Shown here: in pieces, positions 1 to 9,986 of the stretch
Numbering within the stretch: position 1 is the stretch's first letter
Layout of the letters: each line of letters starts with the position of its first letter
Assembly: GCA_044892525.1 (NCBI GenBank)
Contig: CM097885.1
Coordinates: 38,070,001-38,130,000, forward strand
DNA from: Schmidtea polychroa
Lineage: Eukaryota
Direction of reading: 5' to 3'
DNA: 60,000 nt
The notes under the pieces: generated by a model
What the model was told of the DNA's origin: nothing
Database searches by the model: none
What the model saw: only the letters and a program-made list of their open reading frames with translations
Program-made: the position numbers and the translations under genes

Positions 1-2
1 TT

Positions 3-2378
3 ATCGGCTTAACAAAAGAAAAATATAAATGTGTACAATATGGTTGTTTAAAATTTATAGATTCTCTAAACTTTCTAGGAATGCCTCTAGATGCAGTAGC
101 AAAAACAATGAAACCAGAAGATTTTAAATATACAACAGAGCATGTTTTGATAAAAAATAATATTCCTCCAGAAGAATATCCAACATGTTTAGCAAAAGGA
201 ATCTACCCCTATGATTACATGAATTCATTTGATAAATATAATGAAACAAAATTACCAGAGAAAGAAGCATTCTCTTCAGTGCTTAAACAATCAAATATTA
301 CTGATCAAGAATATTCTCGAGCAAATAAAATGTGGGAATTATTCAAGTGTAAAAACCTTGGGGAATATACTGACATGTATTTATCCCTTGATGTTTATAT
401 TTTAGCAGACTGTTTTGAAACCTTCTGTAAAGCCTTTGAATTAAAACCTTATAATTATATAACACTGCCAGCTCTAGCTTGGGATATAATGTTATATAAT
501 ATATGGATTGAAGAAGTATTAGAAACAAGAGATAAAATTATAGAATTATTAAAAGATCTTGATATGTTTAACGTATTTAAACATAATATTAGAGGAGGTA
601 TTTCTTCTGTAATGGGGGATAGAGAAATAACTGCAAATAATTCCTTAACTCTTTATAGAAAATTCTTTAAAGATACAGACGCAGACTATATACAAATAAA
701 AACTCCAGAAGACTCTAAATTAATAACAGAAGGTTTAACCGATCCATGTGAAATATTTTATCCTGATGCAACTGCTCTATATGGGGGTGTAATGACTGAA
801 TATTTACCAATTGGAAACTTCACCTGGGTTGATATTCCTAAAGAAAAAGATAAACTAGATGATCTTATAAAAGAAATCCTATTAACCCCTAAAGATTCAG
901 AGGTTGGATATGCTATAGAATGTGATTTCGAGTACCCTGATAGAATAAAATCTAGAACTAGATTTCTTCCCCTTGCACCAATAAAAAGAGAGATAGATCG
1001 AGAAGAACTTTCACTTTGGCAAATCTTAAAAAATATAGTAACAAATATAAAACTTCTTTGTGACCAAACAAATCGAGAATATTATCTTTCTCATTATTGA
1101 CTCTTTCAATTTAATCTTTCACATGGACTGTGTTTGAAGAATATTCGTTATATTATAAAATTCAGACAAGCACCATTCATGAAAAAGTTTATAGAAGGAA
1201 ATATTAAGAAACGAAATGAAGCAAAAAGAGCTGGAAATATCTATCTTGACGTGATATACAAACTTTTAAACAACGCAGTCTTCGGAAAGACTATGGAAAA
1301 TGTTGATAAATACACTCGAGTAGAGTTATTAACAAATACTCCTAGAGATTTCAATAGATATAATAGAATGCTTGGAAAACCAACATTTAAAAATGCAGAA
1401 GTGTTCTCAAAGAACCTAGTCGCAATTGAAATACAAAATAATGAAAAAACTTATAATAAACCAATCTTTATAGGCTTCTCTATTTTAGAACTTTCTAAAC
1501 TACAAATGTATGAGACCTACTATGATGTTCTAGTGCCACACTATGGAGATCGAATATCCTTACATGCAATGGATACAGATAGTTTCTTTTTTAAAATATA
1601 TGGTAAAGATGTGAAAAAAGAAATAGCTGAAAATCCTATACTTTCTAAACTAATAAATTCATCCGGAGAATTATTCACTTTTAAAGATGAAAAACCAAAT
1701 ACCCCAATATTAGATGGAGTATTTATTAGACCTAAACAATATTCACTTGAAGTGACAGAAAAGCCGAAAACAGAAAAGCAAACAATTAAAATTATGTATA
1801 AAAATCCAACAACCCTTGAAATGGAAGAAATAGATTATACATTTGAACGACCAATAATGACAGATACAAAAACCTTTAACGATAACAAATGTAAAGGGAT
1901 ACAAAAATCAGTATCTAAGAATATCACTCATCAAGATTATAAAGATGCACTAAAAGAAAACCATCAAGATAAAATAGAAGAGGTACATCAACTTAAATCT
2001 AAGAAGCATAATATGTATCAACAAGAATCAGCAAAGATATCACTATCAAATTATGATGATAAAAGATTTATTCTAAGTGATTTTAAAAAAACTCTCCCAA
2101 TTGGAAATGATTTAATCCCAATAATAAAAAATCTTGAAAAAATAAATGAACTTTATAACTTAAAGATTACTGATCTTGATATTTATAAAGTCGAGATAGT
2201 TTACCCAGATCAAATAGAGCAATTCAATTACCTTGATAACAAACCTTTATATTGTCAAGTTAAAAATTCAATAGCTATAGAGAAAAAATGTTTCAACATC
2301 GACCCTGAATATATAAATAATCTAACTGATGAAGAATTTAATTATAATAAGATTCAGTTAAGTAGAATCCATGTCTGA
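3..2378 (+). pseudogene. polB: Protein-primed family B DNA polymerase (pPolB), 5' end outside the window, one in-frame TGA at 1098-1100
   Basis: Frame open from nt 3 (KFIDSLNFL); KGIYPYDY, motif A-like YPDATALYG, KLLNNAVFGKTME, MDTDS, KCKGI, YDDKRF. ORFs 81..1100 and 1134..2378 share a frame and read HY*LFQFNLSHG across the stop. Confidence 0.93.
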
Positions 2379-2498
2379 AGGTCCTATGTCCGAAGGTCCT
2401 ATATCCAAAGGAGTAGGAGTCAGGGCTATTGGAGTCAGGGCTATTGAATCTTCTAAATCTATATCACCTATCTCATCTTTAAAACTACTTGTATTCAT
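2358..2498 (-). CDS. Small acidic 46-aa ORF with short internal repeats (IALTP x2, DIGPS x2), overlapping the PolB 3' end
   Basis: Manual translation MNTSSFKDEIGDIDLEDSIALTPIALTPTPLDIGPSDIGPSDMDST*; the 15-nt tandem repeats keep the frame. Confidence 0.3.
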   Translation of the reverse strand: MNTSSFKDEIGDIDLEDSIALTPIALTPTPLDIGPSDIGPSDMDST

Positions 2499-2712
2499 TT
2501 ATTTAAAAATTAATTTTAGTGATTTTCAACCATGATTGAATCTAGTGTTTTTTAGATTTAAAAACTGACTAACGAAGATTTAAAATTAATATATGAAAAT
2601 ATAAAATCATATTATAGCGATTCAAAAGTTATTTTATCTAAAACATTATTTAATGATTTAATTAGTGAATTTCTTCGATTGAAAAACATTCAAATATCTG
2701 GAATGATCCTAA

Positions 2713-3105
2713 TTAAGATTTTTCTTGTCGTTTGTCTAATATTTTCATTACTCTTTGTCTTAAATTTTCTCGTGCTTCCTCAGCTGAATGTTTTATAAAT
2801 ATAATCTCTTTAGACATTCTTTTTAAATATTCAGTATCAACATCTTCAACCTTTTTAAATAGATAATCTCTTTCCTCCTTTACCTGGTTAAGTTCTTCAT
2901 TTGCATTCATAGAATCCTCTCCTAAAGCTTCTATTAAAGCTCGTATTGCTGGCATTCTAACAACTAACTGTTCTCCATATAAAGCTTGAGTTGTTAAAGA
3001 TTTTTCTTTATATTCTAGTAATGCAACTTTTGACTCCTTTTTAATAATAGGATTGTGTCTTATTAAATCTAAAACATCATCGTCAGAGGCCCCGACCCTT
3101 TCCAT
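2713..3105 (-). CDS. Polinton hypothetical protein, coiled-coil-like (130 aa)
   Basis: Intact ORF in the minus-strand gene run; charged helical composition. Confidence 0.6.
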   Translation of the reverse strand: MERVGASDDDVLDLIRHNPIIKKESKVALLEYKEKSLTTQALYGEQLVVRMPAIRALIEALGEDSMNANEELNQVKEERDYLFKKVEDVDTEYLKRMSKEIIFIKHSAEEARENLRQRVMKILDKRQEKS

Positions 3106-3135
3106 TGATTAAAGTAAAAATTTAAGTAAAAAAAT

Positions 3136-3645
3136 TCATCCACGATTTAAAACTTTATCTAATTCTTCATCTCCAGGAGAATCACCCTCCTCTTCCTTTT
3201 CTTTCCATTTAAGATTTTTATTATTAAAGATACTAACTCCAGATCCTAAAACATCTTTTGATTTAATTCTACAGATGTGATTCTGAGAAGATTTACTAGA
3301 TTTAAAAACTTTTGAACAATCTGTACAATAAAAAGATTTTCCTAAGATATTTGCTTTAGGTTCATCAGGCAGAGGTTTAATTTCACCCTTTGTCTTATTC
3401 ACAGTCCCTTTCTTTTTACTTTTAACAGCATGTCTAAAAGGAGAACTCATTCCCAAGTCATTTCTTATTCTTCTCATAGTAGAATCCGAAGTACCTAACA
3501 TTTTACAAATTTGAGATTGAGTAAAATTAGGATTCTCACTTAAAAGTTTAGTAAACTCTAAAGCTTTTTCTTTTAATAAAAACATGTTTAATTTAGAAGT
3601 ATCAACTATAGCAACTTGATCTACTTTTTTTAAAAATGCATCCAT
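3136..3645 (-). CDS. Polinton putative DNA-binding regulator (HTH plus C2H2-like zinc finger)
   Basis: FTQSQICKMLGTSDSTMRRIRNDLG is HTH-like; CTDCSKVFKSSKSSQNHIC is zinc-finger-like. Confidence 0.65.
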   Translation of the reverse strand: MDAFLKKVDQVAIVDTSKLNMFLLKEKALEFTKLLSENPNFTQSQICKMLGTSDSTMRRIRNDLGMSSPFRHAVKSKKKGTVNKTKGEIKPLPDEPKANILGKSFYCTDCSKVFKSSKSSQNHICRIKSKDVLGSGVSIFNNKNLKWKEKEEEGDSPGDEELDKVLNRG

Positions 3646-3652
3646 TTTAATT

Positions 3653-4264
3653 CTATATTTTATAGTCTTTCAACCACTTCTCTCTTTGACTCTTCTTTGA
3701 TCTTTCATTCTTCATTTCTTGATTTTTTAATCTTATAACCTCATTTTTAATATCTTGTATTATTTGATTTGATTTCATTATTTCATCATCAGTTAAGATT
3801 CCATCTTCTAAAGCTTTTAATTGAAATAAAAATAATTTTGAAATCCCTAATTCTATTGTATTACAAACTTCTCGATATAAACTTTTCTTTTTTGAAGTAT
3901 AAGAAATTGAAACTATTTCAGTTAAGAATCCGTCTGCAACAGAAATACTTCCAAGTACTACAGGAACAAGACTTAAAGCTGGAAGTGTTAAAGGTAAAAT
4001 AATTGTTAATATTGCAGATGTAAATCCTAATGATAATCCCACTACTTTTAAAACAGTATCACCTCTATTCCATCTATTTTTAATTTTTTTATAATGTTTT
4101 AATAAATCTTTTAAATGTAAGGTTTCTGACTTAAATTCTTTTACTCTCATAACTTCAAGTTCAGAGGGAGCTGAGGCCTTGGAACCTTCGGAACCTTTGT
4201 GACCTTCGGAATAATATCTTGATGACAATTCTGGGTAAATATTTTCTTCTCTTACTTCTTCCAT
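3653..4264 (-). CDS. Polinton membrane-associated protein with two adjacent hydrophobic segments
   Basis: VLKVVGLSLGFTSAILTIILPLTLPALSLVPVVLGSISVA hydrophobic hairpin; KALEDGILTDDE motif; coiled-coil flanks. Confidence 0.65.
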   Translation of the reverse strand: MEEVREENIYPELSSRYYSEGHKGSEGSKASAPSELEVMRVKEFKSETLHLKDLLKHYKKIKNRWNRGDTVLKVVGLSLGFTSAILTIILPLTLPALSLVPVVLGSISVADGFLTEIVSISYTSKKKSLYREVCNTIELGISKLFLFQLKALEDGILTDDEIMKSNQIIQDIKNEVIRLKNQEMKNERSKKSQREKWLKDYKI

Positions 4265-4272
4265 TTTAATAA

Positions 4273-5214
4273 TTAAAAAAATAAGACTTTTTTATCTGGT
4301 ACTAATGCTCGCATATCATAATAACCTCGTGTTGAGAGAATGTCTTTATACAATTCCTTCAATGCATCATAAACTTCACCAACATTAACCTTTTTTTCAT
4401 AAAATATTAAATCTATATATTGTACAAATGTGCTTTTAAAAATAAAATTCTTACTTTTAGTTTTATGTGGATTAGTTTTACCTGAATGAGTTTTACCACG
4501 CCAATATCCATGTGTTAAATCATAACCAGTAATTATAACATCACCCTTTTTAAGCTTAGTATTATAATTATCATTCACAAACCACTTCATTGTTTGACCA
4601 TCATCATCAAATAAAAGGAAATAAGGATCAATAATCTTTACAACCATAAAAACACTCCATTCTTTACTATTTGTTGTTATTAAAGTTGGTTCTATAAAAT
4701 GTTTAAAGCTATTAGGTAATAATGTTTTATTCTGTTCTAATTCAGCAGCTCTTTTTCTAATACTATGTGTGGTGTTAATGTGTGTTCCATGAGACTCTAA
4801 ATTTGAAAGTCTTTTATTAAATGATGTAATCATCTCATTTATAATATTATATATTGTATTAATTTTATTATCTATAATTTGTTTATCTTTAGAATTTAAC
4901 AGACTTTGTAACTTGGCAAATTTATCATTAAATCGTTGTTCGTTATTATTAATCTTTGTTGTTAATGAACTTTCAATTCTTGTTGTTGTTAAATCAGTAT
5001 AATTTTTAACATCATCTACATATTTTTTATTAGTAGCATCACCTTCATCAGTTGGTAAAGATAATTCTTTTATCTTGTGTCCATTTAAAATTAAATCACC
5101 CTTCATTGAATCACCTCTTTCATTAATATATCTCTTTTCTGTAAGAGATATAACATCTTCATCTTTTAATCCATCATTATATAATCCCAACTTATTATAA
5201 TTAGCATTATTCAT
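4273..5214 (-). CDS. Candidate virion fibre/spike protein (likely start ATG at 5214, 313 aa)
   Basis: GDSMKGDLILNGHKIKELSLPTDEGDATNKKYVD resembles fibre-shaft DAxNKxYVD motifs; then a heptad coiled coil and a C-terminal globular region; directly downstream of penton. Confidence 0.55.
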   Translation of the reverse strand: MNNANYNKLGLYNDGLKDEDVISLTEKRYINERGDSMKGDLILNGHKIKELSLPTDEGDATNKKYVDDVKNYTDLTTTRIESSLTTKINNNEQRFNDKFAKLQSLLNSKDKQIIDNKINTIYNIINEMITSFNKRLSNLESHGTHINTTHSIRKRAAELEQNKTLLPNSFKHFIEPTLITTNSKEWSVFMVVKIIDPYFLLFDDDGQTMKWFVNDNYNTKLKKGDVIITGYDLTHGYWRGKTHSGKTNPHKTKSKNFIFKSTFVQYIDLIFYEKKVNVGEVYDALKELYKDILSTRGYYDMRALVPDKKVLFF

Positions 5215-5252
5215 TTTTATAGTAAAAATCAAATAAAATATAAAAATAAAAT

Positions 5253-6014
5253 CTAGACTTGTTTCAAATGTAAACACATTGAAATCTTTTCTCCATTAAA
5301 ACTAATTAATTCTCCATTTTCATCAACAATTCTAAAACTAATATCCATTATATTTTTTCTACATAATGGTAAATAATTTGGAGGATTCATTCTTTCAACT
5401 ATTTTAAATCCAACTCTTACAACATTGGAAGGAAAGGAATATAAAATATTTGCATGTTTACCATTATTGTATGATCCCATTATACAATCACACTCTATAT
5501 TTATAGAATTTGTATTTGTTAATTGTATAATATTTTTAGATTTAATAGGAGATGTTGATGGCATATATGTTTTAACTTCAAAACCTAAAATAGTATGAAA
5601 GAAACTAGAAGTAGTAATATTAAGTCCAACATTTTTTAAAGTTAATATACATTTTGAAGTTTGTACATCTGCTTTTATTTCTACATTTCCATTTGTTTCT
5701 TTTAGAATTGTTTTAGCTAAATCTGTTATTTCATATAACCCTGGTTCGATTGATAAAATGTGGTATGCATTAAATGTTTTACTGTTTTCATCTTCTTTAG
5801 TCATCATCCAAAAACTATTATTATTATTATTTATATTAAAAATAGTATTAAAACAGGAAAACCACAAGAGTCCTAATTCATAATTTAAATCTTGATCTAA
5901 ATTTATTGAATCTTCAAAATTTATAGTAAAGTCTGATTCTTTTGAATTTATTAATAAACTTCTTGAATATTTATGTGACATTATGTTTGCCATTTTTTTT
6001 AAATTATCTTCCAT
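5253..6014 (-). CDS. Minor capsid protein (penton)
   Basis: SDFTINFEDSINL, IEPGLY, INIECDCI...ILYSFP...YLPL...ISFRIVDENG..I.F......LHLK match the Polinton minor capsid pattern. Confidence 0.85.
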   Translation of the reverse strand: MEDNLKKMANIMSHKYSRSLLINSKESDFTINFEDSINLDQDLNYELGLLWFSCFNTIFNINNNNNSFWMMTKEDENSKTFNAYHILSIEPGLYEITDLAKTILKETNGNVEIKADVQTSKCILTLKNVGLNITTSSFFHTILGFEVKTYMPSTSPIKSKNIIQLTNTNSINIECDCIMGSYNNGKHANILYSFPSNVVRVGFKIVERMNPPNYLPLCRKNIMDISFRIVDENGELISFNGEKISMCLHLKQV

Positions 6015-6030
6015 TTCATATAGTAAAAAA

Positions 6031-6513
6031 TTAAAGTAGAGATTTTAAATCATTATAAATTTCTTGGATTATAGATTCAAAACCTTCTCCTTTTGATTTA
6101 TTCAATCTATACAAAACATATAAGCTTAAAATACCACATATTTTAGTATTCCAAGGTTGAACTTGTAAAGAGTTAAAAGTATAGTCGGGGAGATAGTCTT
6201 CAACTTCTTTAGTAGGTTTAATCCCAAAAGAATCAAAGTAGATAGATTTATTACTAGTTAAATCACCTATCCCTCCCTTACTAGTTAAATTCTTAAATAT
6301 ACAAACTCAATGAGATCCTTTTTCATTTGAATTTTGATAATTGATTATTATATTCAAGGGACTCTCTTTCAGAATGCCTTCCAGACTTGATAATTCATCA
6401 TTCATTAATATTTTTATTTTTAAATTTAAATAATTTGCATAATCTTTTAAATCAAAATTTGTTTTTGTATTTATTCCAAATGTTTTTAAAAAATCTAATA
6501 TTGAAGGAGTCAT
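6031..6513 (-). pseudogene. Adenain-like cysteine maturation protease with a nonsense codon at the conserved HW
   Basis: Reading through the TGA at 6307-6309 gives GSH*VCIF...YFDSFG...QVQPWNTKICG (catalytic H, D, Q, C) and ends at TAA 6031-6033. Confidence 0.9.
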
Positions 6514-6551
6514 TTTATATTTTATAACTTTGTATTTTATAACTTCGTATT

Positions 6552-7118
6552 TTATAACTTTGTATATTTATTAAATTTATCTTTTGAAATTATTCCTTGT
6601 TTTAACAAATCTTTAGAAATCTTTAAAATATCAGAATCTAAATTATTATGTCCTGCTTTCCTTGCAGCTAATAGTTTTCTTAATTCAATAAAAAGGTTGA
6701 TGGGATTTCCAGGTATGCCCTCTCCCTCTGTAACAACATAACCCTTTTCATTTCTATCTAAATAATTCTTTAAATCTTGAATATATTTTGCTTTAGAGCT
6801 ACCACCTACTAATCTTATAAAATTTAAATATTTTTCAATTTCTTTAATATTATCTGAAGGATATCCACAAAGTAATCTATAAAAATCATCTGTAAATTCA
6901 AGGTCTAAATATTCATTATTATAAACATTTTGTGAATGAATATGTGATTTATTTTCTGGAGTTGTATATAAAGTAAAGTTTTGTTTATTGATTGTTATTA
7001 TTGAATATCCTTCAGCATTAGTCTTAAATGTGGGTCTAATTGAAGGAGGTAAATCATCATTAATTTTAGGATCAACTTTAAGGGGTTTTGTTTTAAAAAT
7101 CATTTCTTCTTCTTCCAC
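6552..7118 (-). CDS. Polinton hypothetical protein; possibly the frameshifted continuation of 7100..7729
   Basis: C-terminal LRKLLAARKAGHNN...LLKQGIIS; only a GTG or internal ATG start; overlaps the upstream ORF end. Confidence 0.6.
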   Translation of the reverse strand: MEEEEMIFKTKPLKVDPKINDDLPPSIRPTFKTNAEGYSIITINKQNFTLYTTPENKSHIHSQNVYNNEYLDLEFTDDFYRLLCGYPSDNIKEIEKYLNFIRLVGGSSKAKYIQDLKNYLDRNEKGYVVTEGEGIPGNPINLFIELRKLLAARKAGHNNLDSDILKISKDLLKQGIISKDKFNKYTKL

Positions 7119-7729
7119 ATTAGAGGTTCTTCTACGTTTCTTCTACAAGGTTTTAAATACAATCCTTTGCCCTGCCCCTTCCCATTTTTAGTTTTACAAA
7201 TACACCTATTCTTTAAAGATTTACACATTTTTTTTAAATCATCTTTATCTTTTGAAGATAAAGATTCAGATGATGAAATTTGATTTTTTAAAAAATCATT
7301 TAAACCACGACCTTTATAAGGATCAAGATAGAGACCTTTTCTGACAGGCCTCCCCTCATAAGGATTAAGATAGAGACCCCCTCCCTGAGACTTTTGCAGA
7401 CACCCCTCATATGGATTAAGATAGAGACCCTTTCCTTTCTTTATTTTCTCGATTTCAGTTTGTAGTTTTTCTTTTTCTAGGTCTGTCTTTTGAGATTCTT
7501 TAGCTTTTTGAACTGTAGTTGCAATTCCTCCAGCTATTTCAGCAGCACCTGATAGTCCGGCAATGATTGCAGGTATTAAAGCAGCTAATAGAAGAATGCC
7601 ACCTTCTTTAATCTTCGCTCTAACTTGTTCTTTTACATGTTTTCCAATAAAATATTTTTTACCATCAATTACTACTGATTTATTTTTATTTGAATTTATT
7701 AATTCTTGCAAAGATTCTTCAGTTGTCAT
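7100..7729 (-). CDS. Adenovirus pX-like core/membrane-active precursor with GxGLYLxP repeats
   Basis: EGGILLLAALIPAIIAGLSGAAEIAGGIATTVQ resembles the adenovirus pX GG-ILPLLIP hydrophobic segment; four GLYL(N/D/K)P repeats. Confidence 0.7.
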   Translation of the reverse strand: MTTEESLQELINSNKNKSVVIDGKKYFIGKHVKEQVRAKIKEGGILLLAALIPAIIAGLSGAAEIAGGIATTVQKAKESQKTDLEKEKLQTEIEKIKKGKGLYLNPYEGCLQKSQGGGLYLNPYEGRPVRKGLYLDPYKGRGLNDFLKNQISSSESLSSKDKDDLKKMCKSLKNRCICKTKNGKGQGKGLYLKPCRRNVEEPLMWKKKK

Positions 7730-7744
7730 TTTTAAATAAATAAA

Positions 7745-8527
7745 ATGGATATTTGGAAACCAATTTTAAATAGACATAAGAGTAAATTTAATAATAAAGT
7801 ATTTCCTGATAATTTTAGATTATTAATTGTTGGTTCTTCTGGATGTGGAAAGAATGTACTTGTTTTGAAAATGTTGCTTGAAGATTTTTTAGATTATAAT
7901 AATTTAATCTTTTACTCTACAACTATAAACCAACCAGAATTACAACTTTTGAAATGTGGATTTGAAAATAAATTAACTAAAAAAGCTATAATTGATATTT
8001 TTAAAAATCAACATAGATGTCCTGAAGAAGTTTTTCAACCTTGTGATATGGTTGATTGGTATAAGGAAAAGATTTTAGAATCAGATATTAGTAATAAAAA
8101 TGATTATATTTGTGAAGATCAGGGGATTCAAGTTTTATTCTCTAATAAACCTGAAGATGTTTTACATTGTGATTTACTTACTAAAGATAAAAAGAATTTG
8201 GTTATATTTGATGATGTTGTTAATATGAAAAATCAAGAGATTCAAAAGAGTTACTTTACAAGAGGAAGACATAATAATTGTAATGTTATTTATATATCTC
8301 AAACTTATTATGCTTTAGATAAAAATTCAATAAGAAATAATTCCAATTGTTTTATATTTTTTAAATTAGATCGCCGTGATAAGAATATGATTTATAATGA
8401 TTTATTTTCAAATGTTGAACCTGATAAGAATATGTTTGATATGTTTGTTGATAATCATTGGAAAGAAAAATATAATTATATTTATTTGGATAGAGAAGAA
8501 GCTGAAATATGGAAAAGTTTGTTTTAG
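7745..8527 (+). CDS. A32/FtsK-like genome packaging ATPase
   Basis: RLLIVGSSGCGKN (Walker A with atypical N), LVIFDD (Walker B), TRGRHNN, YISQTY, IRNN. Confidence 0.92.
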   Translation: MDIWKPILNRHKSKFNNKVFPDNFRLLIVGSSGCGKNVLVLKMLLEDFLDYNNLIFYSTTINQPELQLLKCGFENKLTKKAIIDIFKNQHRCPEEVFQPCDMVDWYKEKILESDISNKNDYICEDQGIQVLFSNKPEDVLHCDLLTKDKKNLVIFDDVVNMKNQEIQKSYFTRGRHNNCNVIYISQTYYALDKNSIRNNSNCFIFFKLDRRDKNMIYNDLFSNVEPDKNMFDMFVDNHWKEKYNYIYLDREEAEIWKSLF

Positions 8528-8538
8528 GGCTTGTCGAC

Positions 8539-9957
8539 TTAAAAATCTGTTTTCTGTAGTTCATTATTATAAAATCTACCTAATATTTTTTCATTATTTA
8601 AATCAATGATGCTATATGTTATTGGAGTTGTATAATGTATTTTATTTATAATAAAAATTTCATTTGTCCATTTTGCTGTGAATCCTTTTTCAAATTTATT
8701 TTTATATTTAAATATTCTTACTCGGTCACCAATTTTAAACTTTGGTTTTATAGGAGTTGTATCAACAATAACATCATTTTCAACAGGATTTATGAGTTCT
8801 AAAGGATTCAAGGAAGCATTTAAAGGTGTTGATTTTATAGAACTATGTACATCATTATTATATTCATTTACAATCTTTTGTAACAATTCATTGTTCCATT
8901 TCTGTTTTCCAATAGCAGTAAAATATTTCCACATTTTATTTTTTAATGTTCTATTTAATCTTTCAACTGCAACTGCTTTTCCTTCGTTTTCTGTTGAATA
9001 TAATTTAATATCATTTTCATTTAAAAACTTTGTAAAAACTTTGTTATAAAATTTTGTTCCTTTATCACACCATAAATATTTTGGAATTCTTTGATGTTGT
9101 TCAAATATATTTTCAAATGCTTCTGTAATAGAATATCCTGTTTTATTTTCTAAACATCTTGCAAAAGCAAATCTTGTATATAAATCTATTACAGTTAAAA
9201 TTATTTTATATTTTTCAGGGTCTGATGATTTGGTTGGCATAAAGACTAAATCTGCAGACCATGTTTGATCTTTTTCATGTACTTGAACTTTTAAATATTT
9301 TTTATTTTTTCTAAATTCATGGTGTAATTCGTTGGCATATTTTATTTGTGATTCTGTTGGGGTTTGTAAATTTGTAGAATTAATCTTGGATATATTCTCG
9401 AGGGGTCTTTCAGCGTCTGCTTGTTCAATAATCTTTTTATTAGCAACATCTTTTGCTATTCTAGGAAGTCCTAAGCCTATGAAAATCTTACCTTTCATTG
9501 CTAATTTAACTAGAGCTCTTTGAATCTTTTCTTGGGTTGATGGATTTTGGATACTATTTAAATCATGTATTAAATTCACATCTGCAACATGTCTATCTCT
9601 AAGATCTTCTGAGTTGTAAGCAATATCATGTTTTAAAGCTGCTTGATCAATTCTATTTATTGGTTCTTCTCCTTGTTTAGGATTATTATTTTCATCTAAT
9701 CTAATATCTAATCTTGTTCCTGGTCCAGTATAGTTGTGTTTAAATAAATGTCTTTCACCTGGATATTTTTCTGTAGTAAAAGGTTTTAATATTGAAGACA
9801 TTACTTTTGAAGATTGTAGGTCACCTCCTGTTCGTGTAATATCGCCCCCTGTAATATCAACTCTCGTATGTTTTTTAGTTTTTAAATGACTTGCTTTATG
9901 ATGTTTTGTAACTTGACAATTACAAGTTTCACATCTCCAATATTTATTTAAAGACAT
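8539..9957 (-). CDS. Fusion ORF: zinc finger + parvovirus VP1-type phospholipase A2 + retroviral-like DDE integrase
   Basis: aa9-30 CETC...H..TKKH; aa70-163 HNYTGPGT...INRIDQAALKHDIAY...RHVAD; integrase WSADL / WCDKG / VERLNRTLK plus KFKIGDRVRI...W C-terminal domain; no stop between modules. Confidence 0.9.
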   Translation of the reverse strand: MSLNKYWRCETCNCQVTKHHKASHLKTKKHTRVDITGGDITRTGGDLQSSKVMSSILKPFTTEKYPGERHLFKHNYTGPGTRLDIRLDENNNPKQGEEPINRIDQAALKHDIAYNSEDLRDRHVADVNLIHDLNSIQNPSTQEKIQRALVKLAMKGKIFIGLGLPRIAKDVANKKIIEQADAERPLENISKINSTNLQTPTESQIKYANELHHEFRKNKKYLKVQVHEKDQTWSADLVFMPTKSSDPEKYKIILTVIDLYTRFAFARCLENKTGYSITEAFENIFEQHQRIPKYLWCDKGTKFYNKVFTKFLNENDIKLYSTENEGKAVAVERLNRTLKNKMWKYFTAIGKQKWNNELLQKIVNEYNNDVHSSIKSTPLNASLNPLELINPVENDVIVDTTPIKPKFKIGDRVRIFKYKNKFEKGFTAKWTNEIFIINKIHYTTPITYSIIDLNNEKILGRFYNNELQKTDF

Positions 9958-9986
9958 TTTAAAATGTTAAAATATCAGGGATTATA

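Noticed and set aside
1098..6309. TGA read-through or alternative genetic code, since both Polinton in-frame stops are TGA and one replaces a conserved Trp
   Set aside because: Other element genes use TGG for Trp and several end in TGA; single transitions explain both, and other point lesions show ordinary decay.
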